Position numbers and translations under genes: made by a program. This document shows positions 37,179 through 48,050 of a stretch of DNA of 64,000 nt, one piece after another. Source of the stretch: Candidatus Woesebacteria bacterium (lineage in GTDB: Bacteria > Patescibacteriota > Microgenomatia > UBA8517); NCBI GenBank assembly GCA_013426185.1, contig CP058602.1, positions 271,123-335,122 of the forward strand, given 5' to 3'. Position 1 is the stretch's first letter. Every line of letters begins with the position of its first letter. Under the pieces are notes generated by a model that worked only from the letters and a program-made list of their open reading frames with translations, did not search any database and had not been told where the DNA came from.

Positions 37179-38777
37179 CTAATAACTTGAAACTATATAA
37201 AAAGCGTCACTGCCATTTGGATATTTTACCAGCTTTAAGACTGAAAAATCCTCCCTTCTTCTAAGACCAGTATACTTATAAGGCTCAATTACGTAAATAA
37301 CTCCATCAAGAGGTGTACTTTCAATCCAATCCCAACCGCCAAACTGATACCTGTCAAAAGAAAATACTGTATTGAAACTACTAGCAGTTGTTCTATCGTA
37401 TTTTACTGTTCTGAGAAATTCCGGCAAAGGCACTTTTTCATACCAAAGGAAGAAAACATATGGCTGTTGACGAATATTATCTACATAAACCTGATTATAT
37501 TTAGGATTATTTTTCAAAAAATATACAATATCTTTCATACCATACTGCCATTCAATAGCCTTTTCTGAATAATTTTTAAAATAAGAATAAATCTGAGGAA
37601 ACAATTCCCAAAAAAATAAAACAAAAACAGAAATTAAAATCAAACCCTTAAAGTATTTAGAGGAAAAAAGATCAATTAACCTAAAAAAACCATAACCCGA
37701 AAGAAATTCAATTGGACCAAGCATAAAAATAGCCCTAGTTGCATTTGCTTCGCCCCCAGCAAAAACAGCAGGAAGAGGAGCTAGTACAACCCACAAGATA
37801 AAAATTAAAAGAATAGAAAATTTCCTGCTAGAAAATAACAAAATAAAACCCAATAAAGCTAAAGAAAATACAACTTTTGAAAAGAGACCTCCATAACCCA
37901 TACTCGCGCGAGGAGAGACACTACCTTCTTTAAAAAGATAGTTGTAAGAAAAATAGTCCTTATAACCCGAAAGTCTGTATTCCAACTGTCCCAAAAGCCC
38001 GCTACCAGTCTTCTGAAAAAGATAGGTCTTTGCCACAACTTCACTAGACAATTTATTCTGATTGATTCTTGCTATCCCTAAAAGGCGTGGCTCAAAGAAC
38101 AAGACACTAATAAAGACCAAAAAAACAAAAAAGCCAATGGCAAACCACCTGAATAATTTAAAAAGATCTCGAATAAAAACAAATGTTAAAAGTAAAACAA
38201 GAGGAGGAACAACTATCAAGGCCGAGTGATAAGAAAGAAGAGAAACGCCAAAAGAAAAGCAAGAAAAGGGTAAGAGAACTTCTCTACCCTTTTTGCTCAA
38301 GGAGGCTTTAAACAAGACTAGACCCAAAACGAAAAAGAAAAGAGCAAAATGGGCTTCCCAAAGACCACGCGAGTAATGAATATCATAAGAAGAAAAAGCA
38401 ATTGCAAAAGCTGAAAAAAGACCTGCCAAGTCGCTGCCAAAATAAAGCTTACCCAATAAGAAAAATAAGGGAATTAAAAGTATCCCAAGCAAAGCTGAAG
38501 AAAAACGTGCAGAAAAATCACTAACCCCAAGAAAATTAAAAACCATAGAAGTGATATAGATATGGACAGGCCTTTTATCATCCCGAAACGAAGCAAAAAC
38601 CAAGGGCAAGGTTTTCCCCCATTCATCTTTTGCCCAATTTTTAATAGTATAAGCATTATAAGAAGCAGCCACTTCATCCCAATTCAAAGAAGGAGGAATT
38701 TGATCAAGCTTATAAAGCCTTAAAAAAGATCCTATCAAAAAAATAAAAATAAAGATAAAAGAATAAATTCTTTTCAT
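37179..38777 (-). CDS. GT-C glycosyltransferase, ArnT/PMT-like paralog
   Basis: 'NWDEVAASYNAYTIKNWAKDEWGKTLPL' N-terminal loop motif. 532 aa. Confidence 0.65.
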   Translation of the reverse strand: MKRIYSFIFIFIFLIGSFLRLYKLDQIPPSLNWDEVAASYNAYTIKNWAKDEWGKTLPLVFASFRDDKRPVHIYITSMVFNFLGVSDFSARFSSALLGILLIPLFFLLGKLYFGSDLAGLFSAFAIAFSSYDIHYSRGLWEAHFALFFFVLGLVLFKASLSKKGREVLLPFSCFSFGVSLLSYHSALIVVPPLVLLLTFVFIRDLFKLFRWFAIGFFVFLVFISVLFFEPRLLGIARINQNKLSSEVVAKTYLFQKTGSGLLGQLEYRLSGYKDYFSYNYLFKEGSVSPRASMGYGGLFSKVVFSLALLGFILLFSSRKFSILLIFILWVVLAPLPAVFAGGEANATRAIFMLGPIEFLSGYGFFRLIDLFSSKYFKGLILISVFVLFFWELFPQIYSYFKNYSEKAIEWQYGMKDIVYFLKNNPKYNQVYVDNIRQQPYVFFLWYEKVPLPEFLRTVKYDRTTASSFNTVFSFDRYQFGGWDWIESTPLDGVIYVIEPYKYTGLRRREDFSVLKLVKYPNGSDAFYIVSSY

Positions 38778-38780
38778 AAA

Positions 38781-40343
38781 CTATTTTTGATAAACAAAAA
38801 ATGCAACCTTATCTGTCACTAATATCTTATCAATCAAAAATCTCTCCTGCCCCACCATTTCTTTATCAGAAAAAACCAAAACTTCTTCTCTTAGATCCTG
38901 ATCTTCAACTTTCTTAAACACAAATTTATCAAAAGAATAAACAGTTGAAAAACCCCATCTATCATAAGAATTGTAGGTCACTGATCGCCAAAATTCTTTT
39001 GGGTCATAACTATTATAGAAAAGTGCAAAGATATAAGGCTGAGCATAATTTTCAGAAACAACTACCTTCTCGCTTTTTCTAATTAAATCTTTTCTATCGT
39101 AAAAAACCTGCTTGTACTCGCTCTGCCAGCTTGAAGCTGAAATCAAATTATAAGTTTTCAAAAAACGCAGAAAATAAATACCAAATAAAACTAGATAAGA
39201 AAAACAGACAATATTAAAAACCATTTTTTGTTTTCTCTTCTCAAAAATAGCCACAAAATCAATAATTCCAAGAGAAATAGCTAAAGGCATAAGAAAAGCA
39301 AAAAGAATAGATCTTAAAGAATGGGGGGATTCTTTAGTAAGGCTTGCTGGAATTGGAGCAATCAAAAAGAGGAAAATCAAAAACAAAGACTTAAAATCCT
39401 TTTTTCTTGCAAGCTTTAAAAGACCAAGAAACAAAAACGGCAAACTAAGAGGATAAATTTCACCGAAACCAGGCATCTGGCTTCTTAAATTTTTATCCCC
39501 GCCAAAAAATAAAAAATCAAAAGAAAAATGAGAAAAGTAGTTTCTGACAAAAGCAATCAACTTGTCTTTCCTTTCGCCTTCTAAAGAAAGAACTTGAAAA
39601 CGAAACGCACCACTATCAAATTTATACAAGCGATATGCAGGAAGCAAAGAGACTCCAATAATTATAAAGGATAAAAGCAAAAATATTAATTTCCTGCCCA
39701 AATTGCCACTTTGTTTAGAGAAAGCATCTAAAAATAGAAAAGTAAAAGTCAAAGGAGAAATAATGCGAAAAGAATTATAAGAATAAAAAGAAAGGACAAG
39801 AGGCAACAAAAGCAAAAACATCACTCCAAAGATCTTTAAAGAAAATTTGCCGGTATCAAACACAAGAGGACTAAAAACAAACCACAAAAATATAAAAAGC
39901 AAATAAAAGAAAAGACCCGAAGAGGCTTCATAACCCGTCCTTGAAAAAATAAAATTCCAAGGCAAAATCAAGAAAAGAAAAGAAGATAACAAAGCAAGCT
40001 TTTCTTCTTTAAAGATTCTCTTAACAAGTAAATAAATTAGAATAAGGGAGAGAAAAGAATAAAAAACTGAAGGCAATCTGAGAGAAAGCTCGTTCAATCC
40101 AAGGAAATAGACAAAAGGAATAACAGAATAAATATAAACAGGCAACTTAAACTCCCCAAAAGCGCGAAAATGCAGTGGCAAGAATTCCCTCCACTCATCA
40201 CGGCCGGTTTTTAAAACCGAATAAGCATTATAGCCAATCGAAGCCTCATCCCAATAAACAGACGAAGGAATAGAATTTATCTTATATAAACGGGTAAAAA
40301 GAAAAAGTATTATCAAAAGCAAGAATATTTCTTTGTTTTTCAT
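38781..40343 (-). CDS. GT-C glycosyltransferase, ArnT/PMT-like paralog
   Basis: 'YWDEASIGYNAYSVLKTGRDEWREFLPLHFRAFGEFKLPVYIY'. Confidence 0.65.
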   Translation of the reverse strand: MKNKEIFLLLIILFLFTRLYKINSIPSSVYWDEASIGYNAYSVLKTGRDEWREFLPLHFRAFGEFKLPVYIYSVIPFVYFLGLNELSLRLPSVFYSFLSLILIYLLVKRIFKEEKLALLSSFLFLILPWNFIFSRTGYEASSGLFFYLLFIFLWFVFSPLVFDTGKFSLKIFGVMFLLLLPLVLSFYSYNSFRIISPLTFTFLFLDAFSKQSGNLGRKLIFLLLSFIIIGVSLLPAYRLYKFDSGAFRFQVLSLEGERKDKLIAFVRNYFSHFSFDFLFFGGDKNLRSQMPGFGEIYPLSLPFLFLGLLKLARKKDFKSLFLIFLFLIAPIPASLTKESPHSLRSILFAFLMPLAISLGIIDFVAIFEKRKQKMVFNIVCFSYLVLFGIYFLRFLKTYNLISASSWQSEYKQVFYDRKDLIRKSEKVVVSENYAQPYIFALFYNSYDPKEFWRSVTYNSYDRWGFSTVYSFDKFVFKKVEDQDLREEVLVFSDKEMVGQERFLIDKILVTDKVAFFVYQK

Positions 40344-41980
40344 TCAAATACATTAAACGCTCTCTTTCCATTAAGAAAGTCAACCGAATAAAGTAAGCTT
40401 GTTCCTTGAGGGGTTTCATCGGGAGTAGCTATAAACAATATTTTCTTGCCTGCAAATTCTTTTCTGATATCACTAACTTTCGTTCCTTCATCACCAAGAT
40501 CGGGAAAATAAAACTTATCAAACTTAAGAACACGCACCCAGTCGTAAGTTTCAAAACGAATAAGGTTTTTATCATCTTGAAACTTACTTGGAGGATAATT
40601 CAAATAAAACAAAGTAAACATATGAGGTTCCCCATACTCACGAGTAAAAACTATTAGATCATACTTACTATAGTTTTCCTTTATATACTCGACAACCTGT
40701 TTATTGCCATATTGCCAATCGCGAGAGTACAAAACTGGATACTGGTTATAGAAATAGAGTTGGTATCTAATAAATTGATAAAGAAAAATAGTAAAACAAG
40801 TAGTAATTAGTAAGTAGTAAGTAGTAAGGTTAAGAGATTTTAAGTAAGAAAAGGCATAGTAAAAACCAATCGCTGTTAAAATCTGATAAACAGGTGCTGC
40901 ATTTAGCGTTCTTAGAGCATGAGGAATACTGTCACGAGTTAGTGATACTGGAATAAAAGCAGTCAAAAGCCACAAAATTAAAATCCACCTATATCTATTT
41001 TTCTTTCTAAAAAGAAGGTAAAGTCCCAAAATTAAAAACGGAGCTTGAATAAAGTATAACTGACCTATTTTTTGCGGATGGTGCTGCTTATGCCCCGCTC
41101 CTGAGACAAAAAGAAAGTCAGGAGTAAAATGAGCCAAATAATTTTTAGCTACATAAAAACTAACAAAAGTGTATCTATTGTAAATCAACCTTTTAAATAA
41201 AAATGGTAAAGTTGATAAATTTCTTCTTTCCTCAATCCTTGGGATAAGACCCGCTTCATCAGTAACACTCACCAACTTATAACGGGCTCTTCCTTCCCCG
41301 AAGAAAAGAAAATAAAAAATAGGCAAAATCAAAACAGAAAGAAAAAGAATTGGTAAAAAAATCTCTTTGCGCTTTTGCCATACTTTTTTGAAATAAACTA
41401 CAATTAAAAGAAAAATAAATATAGGGATAAAACCGCGAGCTGAATTGTAAGTATACATTGAAAGAGCCAAAAACAAACTAGAAAGAAAGAAAAATTTACT
41501 GTTTTTAATCCCTTTGACTAAAAATAAAATTCCTAAAATAAGCCACATCAAAGCAAAAGATGCTTCAAAAGAAGCTCTTGTTAATTGGATATGCCAGGGA
41601 GAAACTGCCAGGAAAAAGGCTGAAATTAAAGCTATAGTTTTTAATTTAGTAATCTCAAGAGTCAAAAAATACAAAAACAAGATAGTAAGTGTTCCATAAA
41701 TAACTGGGGTAATACGAACAGAAAAGTCATTCAAGCCAAAAATAAAAATTGCAGGAATGGAAAAATAAATTTGTCCAGGGAGCTTATATTCACCATAAGA
41801 TTTGAAATGCAAAGGTAAGAACTGACCCCATTCATCACGACCTGTTTTTAAGATCGAATAAGCATTATACCCAATTGATACCTCGTCCCAATTCAAAGAA
41901 GGAGGAACCTCAAGAACCTTGTAAAATCTAAGAAAAAAGGCCAAGATAATAATAAGAAAAAGTAAGATTTTATTTTTCAT
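40340..41980 (-). CDS. GT-C glycosyltransferase, ArnT/PMT-like paralog
   Basis: 'NWDEVSIGYNAYSILKTGRDEWGQFLPLHFKSYGEYKLPGQIY', near-identical motif to 38781..40343. Confidence 0.65.
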   Translation of the reverse strand: MKNKILLFLIIILAFFLRFYKVLEVPPSLNWDEVSIGYNAYSILKTGRDEWGQFLPLHFKSYGEYKLPGQIYFSIPAIFIFGLNDFSVRITPVIYGTLTILFLYFLTLEITKLKTIALISAFFLAVSPWHIQLTRASFEASFALMWLILGILFLVKGIKNSKFFFLSSLFLALSMYTYNSARGFIPIFIFLLIVVYFKKVWQKRKEIFLPILFLSVLILPIFYFLFFGEGRARYKLVSVTDEAGLIPRIEERRNLSTLPFLFKRLIYNRYTFVSFYVAKNYLAHFTPDFLFVSGAGHKQHHPQKIGQLYFIQAPFLILGLYLLFRKKNRYRWILILWLLTAFIPVSLTRDSIPHALRTLNAAPVYQILTAIGFYYAFSYLKSLNLTTYYLLITTCFTIFLYQFIRYQLYFYNQYPVLYSRDWQYGNKQVVEYIKENYSKYDLIVFTREYGEPHMFTLFYLNYPPSKFQDDKNLIRFETYDWVRVLKFDKFYFPDLGDEGTKVSDIRKEFAGKKILFIATPDETPQGTSLLYSVDFLNGKRAFNVFE

Positions 41981-43637
41981 AATTTCTCTTCTCTCTAATA
42001 TTCTTCCAGATTAAAAAGGAAAATACAAACAAACTAATCAAAGTTGTAAATAAAGATACGTTAATTATTAATGTTCTTTTAAAAACAACTTCTATCTCGC
42101 TTGAAGACCTAGAAACAAAGACCTTCAAAAATGGTTCGCTTTTGATATCTTGCTTCACATAAACACCATCTACTAAGACACTAACAAAAGGATAATTAAA
42201 TTTTGGTAATAATATGCTTTTCTCTTCGTCAAATAAAATTTTATACTTACTAGAATTTATACTTTCTGAGACTAAGCTAATCTGACTTTCGTTAATTATT
42301 TTTTCCTTAAGTTTGGTGTCAATAGAAAATAAACTAGCTCCCTTGGGAAAATACTCGTTATAAGTGCTTGTTGTTGACTCGCTTTCAATAAACGGCCTAA
42401 ATTCATTCTCAGCAAGAAACATATTAGGCCGAATATGGTTTCGGTTTGTATAAAAGGCGACAAAGAGAATTAAAAAAGGAAAAATATAATAAAAAATCTT
42501 GCTTTTTACCTCTTCTGTCAATAAAACAAACAAAAGGCTGGTTAAAAATACATTGGGGTAAATAAAACGAAAAGGAAAGTCAAGACCAGTCTTTGAGATA
42601 AACTTTTCCCAAAACAAAGACGAAGAATAATTAGTAAAAAATATGTTAATTAAGAAAGCAAGAATCAAAAATAAAACCAGGCTATCAAACTTAAACGACC
42701 TGAATAATCCCAAGAGGACAACTGACAGAGAAAACAAAAAAATAAGCCACTGGGCTATTCCAATCTGAAAAGAAAAAGGATTTTCAGAAGCAGATTTAAC
42801 AATTATTCCAAATCCCCATTTGGAATAAATAAGCTGGCTTAAATTAACAAAACCCATTTCAAATATTCTTGGCAAGCCGAGGATATAATTTTTGTAATAA
42901 AAAGCAGGAAACAAGTAGAAAGATGAAATTCCTAGAGAAAGAAATACTGAAAATAATATCGTTTTTAGAAATTTAATCTTAAACTTTGATTTAAAAAGAA
43001 AATATAAAGACAAAAAGAAAAAGGATGGTAAAAAAACAATCAAAGTGGGAAAATGAGAAAGGATAACGCCTGAAAGGCCGGATGTCATCAACAAACCCCC
43101 ATCTAACAGCCTACCTTTTTGAATCCTTAAAAGTCCCAAAGCTATCAATGGAATAAAAATAAAAGTAAAGGAAATACCCACTGCAGCCGAAACAAAAATA
43201 ATTAAAAATCTATAAGGAGCAATAAGGTAAAGAAAACTAGAAACAAGAGATAAATATCTCCTACGAGAAAGCTCAAAAGCTAAAAGGTACATAGTGACAC
43301 CTGATAAGAAAAAGCTTAAGAAAAACAAAATTTTAACAACAGAGACATCACTTAACCCAAAAAACATAAAAATTGAACCAAAGATCCAAGGCAAATGATA
43401 AGAAAACAAAAACAAAGGATAACCAAAACCTGAAGCCGCATCTGAAAGATAATAAGGAGGAAATTGGCCCTCTTTCAAAGCTTGAAAATAATAATTAAGC
43501 CGAGCCAAATTGTGCCAAATATCATGAGCTGTATAAATGCCAGACTGAAAAATATAACGAAGTGTAAATAAAGAGAAAATAAGAATAAACAAAAAAGACA
43601 AAAAGTCTTTCTTCCTTAAAAAATTCAAAAAAAACAT
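41970..43637 (-). CDS. Large polytopic membrane protein of the second paralog family (YfhO-like / uncharacterised GT-C candidate)
   Basis: 'SGFGYPLFLFSYHLPWIFGS' and '...FPFRFIYPN' motifs, shared with 53574..55247, 55216..56883 and the C-terminal domain of 56864..59362. Confidence 0.5.
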   Translation of the reverse strand: MFFLNFLRKKDFLSFLFILIFSLFTLRYIFQSGIYTAHDIWHNLARLNYYFQALKEGQFPPYYLSDAASGFGYPLFLFSYHLPWIFGSIFMFFGLSDVSVVKILFFLSFFLSGVTMYLLAFELSRRRYLSLVSSFLYLIAPYRFLIIFVSAAVGISFTFIFIPLIALGLLRIQKGRLLDGGLLMTSGLSGVILSHFPTLIVFLPSFFFLSLYFLFKSKFKIKFLKTILFSVFLSLGISSFYLFPAFYYKNYILGLPRIFEMGFVNLSQLIYSKWGFGIIVKSASENPFSFQIGIAQWLIFLFSLSVVLLGLFRSFKFDSLVLFLILAFLINIFFTNYSSSLFWEKFISKTGLDFPFRFIYPNVFLTSLLFVLLTEEVKSKIFYYIFPFLILFVAFYTNRNHIRPNMFLAENEFRPFIESESTTSTYNEYFPKGASLFSIDTKLKEKIINESQISLVSESINSSKYKILFDEEKSILLPKFNYPFVSVLVDGVYVKQDIKSEPFLKVFVSRSSSEIEVVFKRTLIINVSLFTTLISLFVFSFLIWKNIREKRNYEK

Positions 43638-43640
43638 AGA

Positions 43641-45143
43641 CTATTGAGCCTTGTTCATTACCAAAAAACGCCAAAAAAATGGTATTCTTAATTCTGATAT
43701 TTTACTTGATTCAACAATCGGACAAGACTTGCTTTGGCAAGCAAGCTCAAAGGAATTGTAAATATACTTGACATTAAAAAATAAACCTAAAATCACGATA
43801 ACCAAAATCATAAGCTGAGTTGTTTTTTGAATAAACTTCTTTCTAAACAAAAGATTTAATATCGGCAAAAAGAAAAAGAAAACAATCCAAAACCTATATT
43901 GGTGTGGCAGAACGTTAGGATGAAAAGGGTTAACCAAAAGCATTCGGTTGCCAAGCAATAACCCAAAAGCTAAAAACATACTAAAGAAATCGGATTTCTT
44001 AAGAATAAGCAACAGACCCCAAGCAATTAGAATAGACAAGAAAGGATAAGAAGGGAAACGATACCAAGCCAATAAATCATTTTCCCCTCCTGAAACCATA
44101 ACCACCAACACCCAAAAGACAAAAGCCATTAAAACGACAAATTTATCGCCTTTTAATCCTTTGAAGAGAAAATAAGCAGAAGAAAGTAAACCAAAAACAA
44201 ACCAGCTATCACGAGTTATTTGTGTATCAAAAGACGGCGTGATAAAAAACCATGCAAGGCTGCCAAAACCAACAGGTCTTGATGACTGTATAGAGTTAAT
44301 TCTCTTAAAGACCTCCCAATCAAGATGATATCCCCACCAAAAATAAAAACCCACAAAAGGTAAAGTCAAAAACAACAAAAGAAAGGAATAAATAAAAGCT
44401 TTTCTATAGGAACTTTTCCTGCAAAGATCCATAAAGACAAAAAATATGGCAAATAAAATGATAAAAAAGCCTGTAGGTTTTGAAAGGCCAGCTACACCGG
44501 CAAGAATAGGCATTAGAATAAGGTACCAAAACGATTGTTTTTTTCTAAAAAGAAGAATTAGATAAACAAGAATAGAAAAACACAAAGTTATTAATGTTTC
44601 AGGCATAGCTGTTCTTGATGCAAAGACAAAGATTGGAACAGTACCATAAATTAGCATTGAAAGCATTCCAACCCAAAAACCAGATATATGAGAAGCTATT
44701 AGAAAAACAAAAATAGAAGTTAAAGCCGATATAAAAATCATAGGATAACGAATAAAAGTAGATGGGACAAAATCACGCTCTTCTACTCCAAATTTATTAG
44801 CAAAAAAACCAACCAGATAAGAGAAAAGAGGTGGTTCATCAAGCCAAGGTTTATAAAGAGTAACCGAAGCCTTAGGATCTCCACCTTTATAATTTATCTC
44901 TCCCCTATACACCTCTCTACTTTTCGGATAATCAAGGGTAGACCAAGAAATAGGAACCCCCGACTTGATTAAACTAACTCCACTTAAAGCGTAAAGTTGT
45001 TCGTCTAGATGCCCTACCCCTGGTGTTTTCTCATAATTATGAGCTCGCAAGATAAATGTAAAAATAAGAACTAGCAAGAAAACAAAGAACTTAAAAAGAA
45101 AAATTTTGAACCTAAAGCCAGACTTTAAAAGATGCTTCATCAA
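43641..45143 (-). CDS. GT-C-type membrane glycosyltransferase candidate (PMT_2-like, divergent)
   Basis: 'VGHLDEQLYALSGVSLIKSGVPISW' DE-loop after the first TM. 500 aa, polytopic. Confidence 0.5.
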   Translation of the reverse strand: MMKHLLKSGFRFKIFLFKFFVFLLVLIFTFILRAHNYEKTPGVGHLDEQLYALSGVSLIKSGVPISWSTLDYPKSREVYRGEINYKGGDPKASVTLYKPWLDEPPLFSYLVGFFANKFGVEERDFVPSTFIRYPMIFISALTSIFVFLIASHISGFWVGMLSMLIYGTVPIFVFASRTAMPETLITLCFSILVYLILLFRKKQSFWYLILMPILAGVAGLSKPTGFFIILFAIFFVFMDLCRKSSYRKAFIYSFLLLFLTLPFVGFYFWWGYHLDWEVFKRINSIQSSRPVGFGSLAWFFITPSFDTQITRDSWFVFGLLSSAYFLFKGLKGDKFVVLMAFVFWVLVVMVSGGENDLLAWYRFPSYPFLSILIAWGLLLILKKSDFFSMFLAFGLLLGNRMLLVNPFHPNVLPHQYRFWIVFFFFLPILNLLFRKKFIQKTTQLMILVIVILGLFFNVKYIYNSFELACQSKSCPIVESSKISELRIPFFWRFLVMNKAQ

Positions 45144-45172
45144 ATGAATTATAACATTATAGAAGAATAATC

Positions 45173-46816
45173 TTACCTTTCAGAGCAGGGCTTGTTTGTA
45201 TTGTAACCAAAAAGATAAGCTTCGCCTCTTAGATCTTCAATCTCAAAAACTTTAGTAAGGAAATGAGATTTCATTTGATCCTGAGACACAGAAAATCTAT
45301 CTCCAACTAAAAGCAAGTCTTTACCACAAATCTCACCCCACTCAATAGGCTTAATTATAATATTGTCTATCACAAAAATCTCATAAGGATTAACTTCACC
45401 ACTATAGTAAGGCGTTATCAGTTGCGACTTCAGATTATTCTGCATCAAATATGGGTCAGCGCCCAGAATATAAGCCGACACCGTTCCTATACCCCATGCT
45501 CTGTCTGTCCTATCAATATAGATTTTGTTTTCCCTATACTTATCTATCTGCTTCAAAAGCTTAAGATAAGGGAAACTGCCCTCTGAATTTACTATCCGAT
45601 ATTTAAAAAGCACAAACCTCGAAGTGTACAAAATAAATAAAGAGTAGATAAGCAGTAGGGAAAAAACCAATAAACGAAATAGCCCATTCTTAATAAATTT
45701 AAAAACCATATAGAAACCATAAGAAATAATGTTAGTAATTAACCAAAGAAACACCAACACCCTAATAGGAAAAAAGATATCTCCTGTAAGACCAGCAGGA
45801 ACTGGAGATATTAAAATCAAAAAACTAAAAACTTTTACAATATTCCTATCTATATTATTGATAAAACCTCTCAACCCCAAGACGGCTAAAAACAAAAACA
45901 AAGGATAAAAAACACTCAAATCAGGACCTACTCTACCGAGCTCATTACCTGAATTAAAGAATAAATTTTTGGGAGAAAAATAATCAAGATAATGGCCGGC
46001 AAAATTTTTAAAGGCAAACAATACCTTTCCACTAAAGTCTGAGTTAACAAAAGCGGGATCACTAAAATAACCTACCTGTGCCAATCTTCTTGTCAAAGCG
46101 CCTGTTTTTGCAATATACAAATGAGGCAAGATAAATAAAAGAAAAACAAAGAACCCATAAAGCAAAGCTTTCTTGTTAGCTTTAAAGTAATTTCTAGACA
46201 AAATGATAAAAAAGAAAATGTACAAAAAGGCTGTAACTCTTTCCGTGTAATAAGTATGTGTTGAAAGACCCAAAAACAAACAACCAAGGACAAAAAATAA
46301 AGTTTGTCTTCTACTTTTCTCAAGAGATAAAAGGGTAAAAAACACACCCAACCCAAAAACTAAAACTACCAGATTTCCCTCAGCAGTAAGTCTCCCAAAA
46401 TGAACAGACCATGGAGAAATGGCTACAAACAAAGCAGCGAAAACGCCCTGCAAAATTTTTTCTTCTTTTTTTCCCAAACCGAAAAACTTCCAAAAATAAA
46501 AAGAAAGAATCACTAAAAGAACTCCCGAAAAAGCCGAGACAAACCTAGCAGCGAAAATGGTGTTACCAAATAAAAATACTGGAATAGTAGTTAAATAGGT
46601 ATAAACAGGAGGCTGATATGAACCGTTAGCCCGAAAAAGAATAGGAAAGGTTTGGCCGTACATATCGCGACCTGTTTTAATAAGCGAGTAAGCATTGTAA
46701 GCTATTGAGGATTCATCAGCATGAAAGTGAAAAGAAATATCCCCTAGTTTCCAAAATCGCAGGACGAAAGCCAAAACAAAAATAGCAAAAAGAGATAATT
46801 TTTGCGCTTTACTCAT
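45173..46816 (-). CDS. GT-C glycosyltransferase, ArnT/PMT-like paralog
   Basis: 'HADESSIAYNAYSLIKTGRDMYGQTFPILFRANGSYQPPVYTY'. Confidence 0.65.
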   Translation of the reverse strand: MSKAQKLSLFAIFVLAFVLRFWKLGDISFHFHADESSIAYNAYSLIKTGRDMYGQTFPILFRANGSYQPPVYTYLTTIPVFLFGNTIFAARFVSAFSGVLLVILSFYFWKFFGLGKKEEKILQGVFAALFVAISPWSVHFGRLTAEGNLVVLVFGLGVFFTLLSLEKSRRQTLFFVLGCLFLGLSTHTYYTERVTAFLYIFFFIILSRNYFKANKKALLYGFFVFLLFILPHLYIAKTGALTRRLAQVGYFSDPAFVNSDFSGKVLFAFKNFAGHYLDYFSPKNLFFNSGNELGRVGPDLSVFYPLFLFLAVLGLRGFINNIDRNIVKVFSFLILISPVPAGLTGDIFFPIRVLVFLWLITNIISYGFYMVFKFIKNGLFRLLVFSLLLIYSLFILYTSRFVLFKYRIVNSEGSFPYLKLLKQIDKYRENKIYIDRTDRAWGIGTVSAYILGADPYLMQNNLKSQLITPYYSGEVNPYEIFVIDNIIIKPIEWGEICGKDLLLVGDRFSVSQDQMKSHFLTKVFEIEDLRGEAYLFGYNTNKPCSER

Positions 46817-47310
46817 AATTTCAAAGACTTTCTAATAAATCTAAGAAAGACACAAAATCCTAAAAATATAGAAAAAAAGAATAAGGGCAAGTATAAAAGC
46901 AAAGATCTTTCAGATGGTAACAAGATACTGAAAAACATAGCCAAAACAAGGTATATAAAAAACTCAAATAGAAAGTTTTTAACAAGATAAAAAAGACCAG
47001 CAAATAAAAATGGCAAAACAAAATAAAACAGAAGGTATTTTTCTAGGTAAGGCCTGAAATCCAAAGGATAAGCTGCTTTATTGAGAAATTTGTTAAAAAA
47101 ATAGGCTCTTTTACCCATAAACAGACGCGAAGCCTTGAGATTAAACAAAAAACCAAGTTCGCTATTCAATAAATGGCTATCATTTTCCTGAATTATCTGT
47201 TTATCAAGATCGGGGATAAAAAGGATATTTCTGTCAAAATATTTAAGAGAAAGGTAAATTCCCAAGAAAAATAAAAAAATAATAAGTAAATATGAGATTT
47301 TTTTATTCAT
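46813..47310 (-). CDS. Small membrane protein (165 aa), possible accessory or flippase-like component
   Basis: 2-4 TM helices. Lies between the Dpm1-like GT2 and a GT-C. Not recognisably GtrA. Confidence 0.35.
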   Translation of the reverse strand: MNKKISYLLIIFLFFLGIYLSLKYFDRNILFIPDLDKQIIQENDSHLLNSELGFLFNLKASRLFMGKRAYFFNKFLNKAAYPLDFRPYLEKYLLFYFVLPFLFAGLFYLVKNFLFEFFIYLVLAMFFSILLPSERSLLLYLPLFFFSIFLGFCVFLRFIRKSLKL

Positions 47311-48050
47311 CTAAATCTTCTATCCCTCTTAATGCCAAGACGATGGAGGTAATAAAAAAAGATAGTCAAAAATCCCTCTAAAACAAATTTAGAGCCTTTC
47401 CAAAATCTAATAGAAGAAGCTTTTTCGTGGTATCGAGTTGGAATGGGAATCTCGCCAATTCTAAAACCATAACTTAAAGCTGAGATTGTCATTTCCTGAT
47501 CAAAGACAAAATCATTAGAAAAACGTTGAAAAGGAACTTTCCTTAAAAGCTTGGCGCTATACGCCCTAAAACCTGAAAAATGCTCAGTAAAATTAACTCC
47601 CAAAAGAATATTCTGAATAAAACAAACTATTCTATTGACATAATATTTAAGAGGAGGCATTCCCCCTTCAAGAGCTCCCTTTTTTGTGGCAATACGGCTA
47701 CCAAACATAAAATCATACTTTCCATCAAGAATTGGCTGAACAAGGTAAGGAATCATTGTCGCATCATATTGATAATCAGGATGAAGCATTACAACAACAT
47801 CTGGCTTTAATTTCAGAGCTTCCCAATAACAAGTCTTTTGGTTTCCACCATAACCTAAATTATTAGGGTGAGCAAAAACTTTAATACCAAGTTTTTTTGC
47901 TACTTTTGTCGTATCATCTGAACTATTATCATCAACCAGAATAACATGCTTCCTATACTCAAGAGGAGTCTCGCGATAGGTATCTTCTACAGTTTTTGCC
48001 GCATTGTAAGCGGGCATAACAATAACTACTTTTCCAGTTTTTTTACTCAT
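47307..48050 (-). CDS. Polyprenyl-phosphate sugar synthase-type GT2 (dolichol-phosphate mannosyltransferase / GtrB / ArnC-like)
   Basis: 'VVIVMPAYNAAKTVEDTY...VILVDDNSSDDT...' followed by '...HPDYQYD' and 'FSGFRAY', as in Dpm1-like enzymes. Confidence 0.75.
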   Translation of the reverse strand: MSKKTGKVVIVMPAYNAAKTVEDTYRETPLEYRKHVILVDDNSSDDTTKVAKKLGIKVFAHPNNLGYGGNQKTCYWEALKLKPDVVVMLHPDYQYDATMIPYLVQPILDGKYDFMFGSRIATKKGALEGGMPPLKYYVNRIVCFIQNILLGVNFTEHFSGFRAYSAKLLRKVPFQRFSNDFVFDQEMTISALSYGFRIGEIPIPTRYHEKASSIRFWKGSKFVLEGFLTIFFYYLHRLGIKRDRRFR